Assembly (NCBI RefSeq): GCF_003334315.1
Contig: NZ_QOWR01000069.1
Length of the DNA stretch: 20,033 bases
Origin: Escherichia coli
Lineage (GTDB): Bacteria; Pseudomonadota; Gammaproteobacteria; Enterobacterales; Enterobacteriaceae
Direction: 5' to 3' (one strand)
Position numbers and translations under genes: made by a program. The notes below the pieces were generated by a model that worked only from the letters and a program-made list of their open reading frames with translations, searched no databases and was not told the DNA's origin. Positions 19,653-20,033 of the stretch are shown here, piece after piece; position 1 is the first letter of the stretch, and the number at the start of each line of letters is the position of its first letter.

Positions 19653-20033
19653 GGTGATGATGCCAACTTACTGATTTAGTGTATGATGGTGTTTTTGAGG
19701 TGCTCCAGTGGCTTCTGTTTCTATCAGCTGTCCCTCCTGTTCAGCTACTGACGGGGTGGTGCGTAACGGCAAAAGCACCGCCGGACATCAGCGCTATCTC
19801 TGCTCTCACTGCCGTAAAACATGGCAACTGCAGTTCACTTACACCGCTTCTCAACCCGGTACGCACCAGAAAATCATTGATATGGCCATGAATGGCGTTG
19901 GATGCCGGGCAACCGCCCGCATTATGGGCGTTGGCCTCAACACGATTTTCCGCCATTTAAAAAACTCAGGCCGCAGTCGGTAACCTCGCGCATACAGCCG
20001 GGCAGTGACGTCATCGTCTGCGCGGAAATGGAC
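19653..20033 (+). mobile_element. IS1 insertion sequence, left end and first 381 bp (truncated by window end)
   Basis: Left inverted repeat ggtgatgatgccaacttactgat; insA lies at element positions 56-331 exactly as in IS1; A6C frameshift motif ttaaaaaac at 19957-19965. Confidence 0.92.
19708..19983 (+). CDS. insA: IS1 InsA (transposition inhibitor / N-terminal part of InsAB' transposase)
   Basis: 91 aa, GTG start; zinc-finger-like CPSC...CSHC motif and HTH region ([21 protein letters not shown]...). Confidence 0.92.
   Translation: MASVSISCPSCSATDGVVRNGKSTAGHQRYLCSHCRKTWQLQFTYTASQPGTHQKIIDMAMNGVGCRATARIMGVGLNTIFRHLKNSGRSR

Noticed and set aside
1-20033. Search for CRISPR arrays, tRNA genes, prophage, integrase or defence-system signatures
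   Set aside because: I saw no regularly spaced direct repeats, no tRNA-like cloverleaf candidates and no integrase, recombinase, toxin or nuclease ORFs. Apart from the IS1 at the 3' end the window is syntenic core chromosome.

Overview
This window reads as conserved Escherichia/Shigella-type core chromosome, not an accessory island, and I found no convincing novel multi-gene system in it. Gene order, from protein sequences and motifs I recognise (no searches were possible): rrn operon tail and terminator, mobB-mobA (-), yihD-srkA-dsbA (+), yihF (+), yihG (-), polA (+), Spot 42 sRNA spf (+), engB/yihA (-), CsrC sRNA (+), yihI (+), hemN (+), yshB-glnG-glnL-glnA (-), typA/bipA (+), then the first 381 bp of an IS1 element running off the window end. 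The observations most worth follow-up are: (1) the IS1 copy sits 22 bp inside an SD-preceded ORF downstream of typA, which looks like a strain-specific gene disruption; (2) an uncalled 57-codon ORF between yihI and hemN encoding a hydrophobic helix plus a very basic tail, whose stop overlaps the hemN ribosome-binding site; (3) the glnA 3' UTR carries a REP hairpin between the stop codon and the terminator, where a GlnZ-type sRNA would lie. The ORF-track 60-aa cutoff hides several real or candidate small genes (yshB, SpfP, the 57-aa ORF). All coordinates for RNA ends, promoters and binding sites are hand-derived and approximate to a few nt.
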